Of a DNA stretch of 64,000 nucleotides, positions 61,124-64,000 are shown one piece after another. The DNA comes from Candidatus Nitrospinota bacterium M3_3B_026 (GTDB taxonomy: Bacteria > Nitrospinota_A > UBA7883 > JBPRGF01). The DNA lies in contig JBPRGF010000014.1 of the NCBI GenBank assembly GCA_051418015.1, positions 32,001 to 96,000 on the forward strand. The letters are read 5' to 3'. The notes below the pieces were generated by a model that searched no databases, was not told where the DNA came from, and was given only the letters and a program-made list of their open reading frames with translations. The position numbers and the translations under genes are program-made. Positions within the stretch are counted from its first letter, which is position 1; the number at the start of each line of letters is the position of its first letter.

Positions 61124-61151
61124 TAAAGCCAGCGCCGCTGCCCGCCGATAA
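61124..61151 (+). promoter_or_regulatory. Sigma-28 (FliA/SigD) promoter
   Basis: TAAA-N16-GCCGATAA. Confidence 0.7.
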
Positions 61152-61226
61152 AAATACCAGAACACGAGCTGGGTAAACACCCGCGATGGATTGCGGGCTT
61201 ATGCTCAACCATGGAGGGTTTTTGTC

Positions 61227-61412
61227 ATGTCTTCAGTGTCAGGTGGTTCCTTTTCGCAGGGAGAGGTTAAGCTTCTCCGGGCGACTCTTGCCCCCAGGTC
61301 ACTCCCCAAGCTGGGAGAGGGGCTGAATCTTTTCAACGCTCCGCCCCAGGCCGCTGGGAACTCGCGGCTGATGCTCGAGACCCAGGGTGCCAATATCTCC
61401 GTGCGCGCTTGA
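61227..61412 (+). CDS. 61-aa small protein with a YjfB-like C-terminal motif
   Basis: GGAGG RBS; ends in GANISVRA; downstream of a sigma-28 promoter. Confidence 0.6.
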   Translation: MSSVSGGSFSQGEVKLLRATLAPRSLPKLGEGLNLFNAPPQAAGNSRLMLETQGANISVRA

Positions 61413-61575
61413 ACCCGCGGCGCCCGCCCCGGCGCCGTGGCCACGCGCCAATGATACCCGTCCTCTTTTCGCCCGCCCCGATCCGCGGCCGCCGGATGGC
61501 CGGATGTCCCTCGAAAATATTTCGAACAATATTTTACGAAATTAGTTGTAATTAGCTATAAATGTGATTATAATG

Positions 61576-61605
61576 TTGACAATTTATATGGCATAAATAT
61601 AAAAT
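61576..61605 (+). promoter_or_regulatory. Sigma-70 promoter in an AT-rich island
   Basis: TTGACA followed by TATAAAAT, with an ATTTAT-N5-ATAAAT palindrome in the spacer. Confidence 0.6.
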
Positions 61606-61676
61606 CTGACTATTAGTTAGTTAATTTAGAGATAAGTAGTATGTAATAAATGTAAAAGATCTGAGGAAAACAGCGT

Positions 61677-62279
61677 TTGAAAGGCTCCAATCGCGTCAGG
61701 ATCGAATGCAGAAATCCCAGGTACGCGGACAGAGAACTCAAAGAGCACCTGCTGGAGCTTGTCCATTATTCCAGGTACGCGGGCATAGAGCCAGCGGGGT
61801 TGCGGCAGGCCATATCCGGGGCGGATCTGGAGTTCGGGAGGCAGGGCCCGGATTTGCGGCATGGAGGCAAGCTGATACTGGAGGCCGACCAGAAGACGGC
61901 GAACCTCATCGGTCAACTGGTTCAGATGTATCCCGTGTTCACGATGTGGGATATCAAGGTTTTTAAAGAGAGGGTCAAACCAGCTAGGGGTAAAACCAAG
62001 GCAAAGAAGAAGGAGAAGAAGATGGCTGCGACCAAGAAATCCGCCGCTAAGAAGAAGACGGCCAAAAAGAAACCGGCCAAAAAGAAGGTAGCCAAGAAGA
62101 AACCGGCCGCCAAGAAAAAGACGGTCAAGAAGAAGGCCGCCAAGAAATCCGTCGCCAAGAAGAAGACGGCAAAGAAGGTGACCAAGAAGAAGGCCGCCAA
62201 GAAAAAGACGGCCAAGAAGAAGACCGCCAAAAAGAAAACGGCAAAGAAGAAGACCGCGAAGAGGAAAAAGTCCTCCTAG
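61677..62279 (+). CDS. Histone H1-like Lys/Ala-rich protein; long form with an unknown N-terminal domain, possible short form from ATG 62022
   Basis: (T/P/V)AKKK pentapeptide repeats; TGAGGA before the TTG at 61677 and AAGGAG before the in-frame ATG at 62022. Confidence 0.75.
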   Translation: MKGSNRVRIECRNPRYADRELKEHLLELVHYSRYAGIEPAGLRQAISGADLEFGRQGPDLRHGGKLILEADQKTANLIGQLVQMYPVFTMWDIKVFKERVKPARGKTKAKKKEKKMAATKKSAAKKKTAKKKPAKKKVAKKKPAAKKKTVKKKAAKKSVAKKKTAKKVTKKKAAKKKTAKKKTAKKKTAKKKTAKRKKSS

Positions 62280-62329
62280 CGGGGGTTTTTCCAGGGAACG
62301 GTTTTTTCTTTAGACTGTTTCGTTTTTAT

Positions 62330-62367
62330 CCGGCCGGAGCCGTGAAAAGCTCCGGCCGGTTTTTTTT
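62330..62367 (+). terminator. Intrinsic terminator
   Basis: CCGGCCGGAGC/GCTCCGGCCGG stem followed by T8. Confidence 0.88.
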
Positions 62368-62394
62368 GTCCCCGGCCTGCGGGGAAACGTTTCT

Positions 62395-63384
62395 TCAGGA
62401 CACGATGGCGCCGCCGCAGGTGAAACCCGCCCCGGCTGCGCACGCGTGGCAATGATCAGACGTGGCTATTGGCGAGCCGGGCTCCGGCGGGCCGGGCATC
62501 CTGCTTACATGGGTCTTTTCTCCACCGAGAGGGATGGAGGCGGCTATATGGAAGTCGCAGTCGTAAAGGAAGCCGTCCCACGCCACGGAGACCTGCGTCC
62601 TGCACATCAGACCCTCCACGGCCATGGGGTTGAAGCTGTCCGCCAGCTTGTTTTCGTACCGCTCCAGGTTGCCCGTGCTCTCAAGCCAGCTTCTGAACCT
62701 CCCCAGGGGAACGTTGGCGAAGCCGTACAGGTTGTTGAACGTCACTCCCCATTTTCCGGCCAACTCCGCCTTGAACCTTTTTTCCATCTCGCCCTGCGAG
62801 GACGCAGGCAGGAAGGCGCCGGACGGGTTTGACGCGAAATTGATCTCGAGGCCGGTACCCTCCTTTCCGTATCCAAGCGAGTTCAACGCGCGCAGCGTCC
62901 TGATGCTTTTGTCGAAGACTCCCGCGCCGCGTTGCGCCTCCACCTGCTGCCTGTTGAGCGAGGGGAGGGAGGCGAACAAAACCACCTTTTTTTCCCCGAG
63001 CAGCTCCATCAGCTCGTCCTTGCTCTCGCCGGATATGGCCGTGAGGTTCGAGCGTAGTATTATTCTCGGCGCGAACGCGGAAAGCTCCTCTATGAGCCTC
63101 GGCAGGCCTGGGTTCATCTCCGGCGCGCCGCCGGTTATGTCCACGACACCAAAACGCCCCCGCCTCGCGTAGTCTATAACCTCGGTTATCGTTTCGCCGT
63201 CCATGAGCTCCCCCCGCGCGGGTCCCGCCTCCAGGTGGCAGTGGCGGCACTCCTGGTTGCACAGCAGCCCCACGTTCACCTGCAGAGTCGTTGTCTTCGC
63301 CCGGCTGAGCCTTACGCCGTTGTCCGCGAGAGCCCGGGAAAACGAGTCCCCGCCCCCCTTCGTCCCGGCCGTCGTTCCGTCCAT
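62395..63384 (-). CDS. arsS: ArsS-family radical SAM protein (arsenosugar-biosynthesis-like), Cys form
   Basis: LQVNVG..CNQECRHCH, DITGGAPE, GLMCR, YDCDF and C-terminal HCHACAAGAGFTCGG; GGAGGAGG RBS. Confidence 0.85.
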   Translation of the reverse strand: MDGTTAGTKGGGDSFSRALADNGVRLSRAKTTTLQVNVGLLCNQECRHCHLEAGPARGELMDGETITEVIDYARRGRFGVVDITGGAPEMNPGLPRLIEELSAFAPRIILRSNLTAISGESKDELMELLGEKKVVLFASLPSLNRQQVEAQRGAGVFDKSIRTLRALNSLGYGKEGTGLEINFASNPSGAFLPASSQGEMEKRFKAELAGKWGVTFNNLYGFANVPLGRFRSWLESTGNLERYENKLADSFNPMAVEGLMCRTQVSVAWDGFLYDCDFHIAASIPLGGEKTHVSRMPGPPEPGSPIATSDHCHACAAGAGFTCGGAIVS

Positions 63385-63401
63385 GCCCTCCTCCATGGAA
63401 T

Positions 63402-63734
63402 CTACATAGAAAGTTTTTCCGCCAGGTCGCGCATCTGCACGCCGTGGACAAGGGACGCGCCGCCGCGGATGGCCGCCGCCACGTGGACGGCTTCCGTCAT
63501 CTCCGCCATGTTGGAGCCCTTCTCCAGGCAGGACTGCGTGTAGGCGTCGATGCAGTAGGGGCACTGCACCGCGTGGGCCACCGCCAGGGCGATCAGGGCT
63601 TTTTCCCTGCCCGTCAGCTCTCCCTCGGCGAAAACGGAGTTGTAATAATCGAAAAACTTCCTGGCCAGGTCCGGCGCGTCCTTCCCTATTTCCTTGAACC
63701 GTGGAAGGTCCTTCGGGTCGTAATATGTCTCCAT
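63402..63734 (-). CDS. AhpD/CMD-family peroxidase-like protein associated with ArsS
   Basis: YYDPKDL, FFDYY, REKALIALAVAH, QCPYCIDAY and GGASLVHG motifs. Confidence 0.88.
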   Translation of the reverse strand: METYYDPKDLPRFKEIGKDAPDLARKFFDYYNSVFAEGELTGREKALIALAVAHAVQCPYCIDAYTQSCLEKGSNMAEMTEAVHVAAAIRGGASLVHGVQMRDLAEKLSM

Positions 63735-64000
63735 CCCTTCAAGCTCCCTTATCTATATAGACGGGCGCCTATTCCCGTTCATGGATCACAGGATATCAGG
63801 GCCGAAGGCCAGCCCGCAATAAAGCCCGCCCGGAGGCGGCGTTGACGGCAGGGGCTCCGCCACGGGATAATATCAGCGGCTCCGTGGGCAAAGGCGCGGG
63901 CCTAAAGAAATGTTACCACCCGAAAGGGCGTTCCCGGCAAGGTTTGTTGGATGCTTCGATCCGGTCTTTTCATCCTGCAAAAAGCACGCTTCCGGTTGGC

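Noticed and set aside
62395..62430. Selenocysteine read-through in the ArsS-like gene
   Set aside because: The relevant codon is TGC (Cys) and the TGA comes after the complete C-terminal motif
63842..64000. Possible c-di-GMP-I riboswitch (GCAAAGGCGCGGGCCTAAAG) after a TTGACG-N18-GATAAT promoter
   Set aside because: Only a P3-like fragment is visible, the P2 GAAA-tetraloop stem is missing and the downstream gene is outside the window; needs an Infernal scan

Overview
GC-rich (my estimate about 60-65%) chromosomal window from a Gram-negative bacterium (LpxB, HldE, GmhA and lipoproteins present). The protein style suggests a deep-branching lineage such as Nitrospinota or a deltaproteobacterium-like group, but that is inference only. 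Most of it is housekeeping DNA in fragmented operons: amt-glnA, ligA, a long minus-strand run ugd-uxs-radC-gmhA-hldE-DHS-like-MBL-purB-purC-purS-cNMP-purQ, a two-gene 2-oxoacid:ferredoxin oxidoreductase, ffs-dnaX-recR, gatCA, recG, coaE, a GH57 branching enzyme, trpC, malic enzyme and arsS. I found no CRISPR array, tRNA, rRNA, transposase, integrase or phage gene. Highlights: (1) a Cyc2-type fused monoheme cytochrome-porin, a candidate Fe(II) oxidase, with its own strong expression signals; (2) an unannotated ~250-nt structured transcript after glnA with a perfect sigma-54 promoter, upstream palindromes and a terminator, a candidate novel sRNA; (3) a 26-aa basic peptide resembling ribosomal protein bL37 ahead of gatC; (4) a standalone cNMP-binding protein inside the purS-purQ pair; (5) three FlgO-domain lipoproteins plus a PEGA protein behind a sigma-28-like promoter; (6) an MreB paralog coupled to a degenerate GAF-GAF-GGDEF protein; (7) a TPR-adenylate cyclase, tandem FHA proteins, a histone-H1-like gene with a possible nested start, a sigma-28 small ORF and REP-like palindromic repeats.
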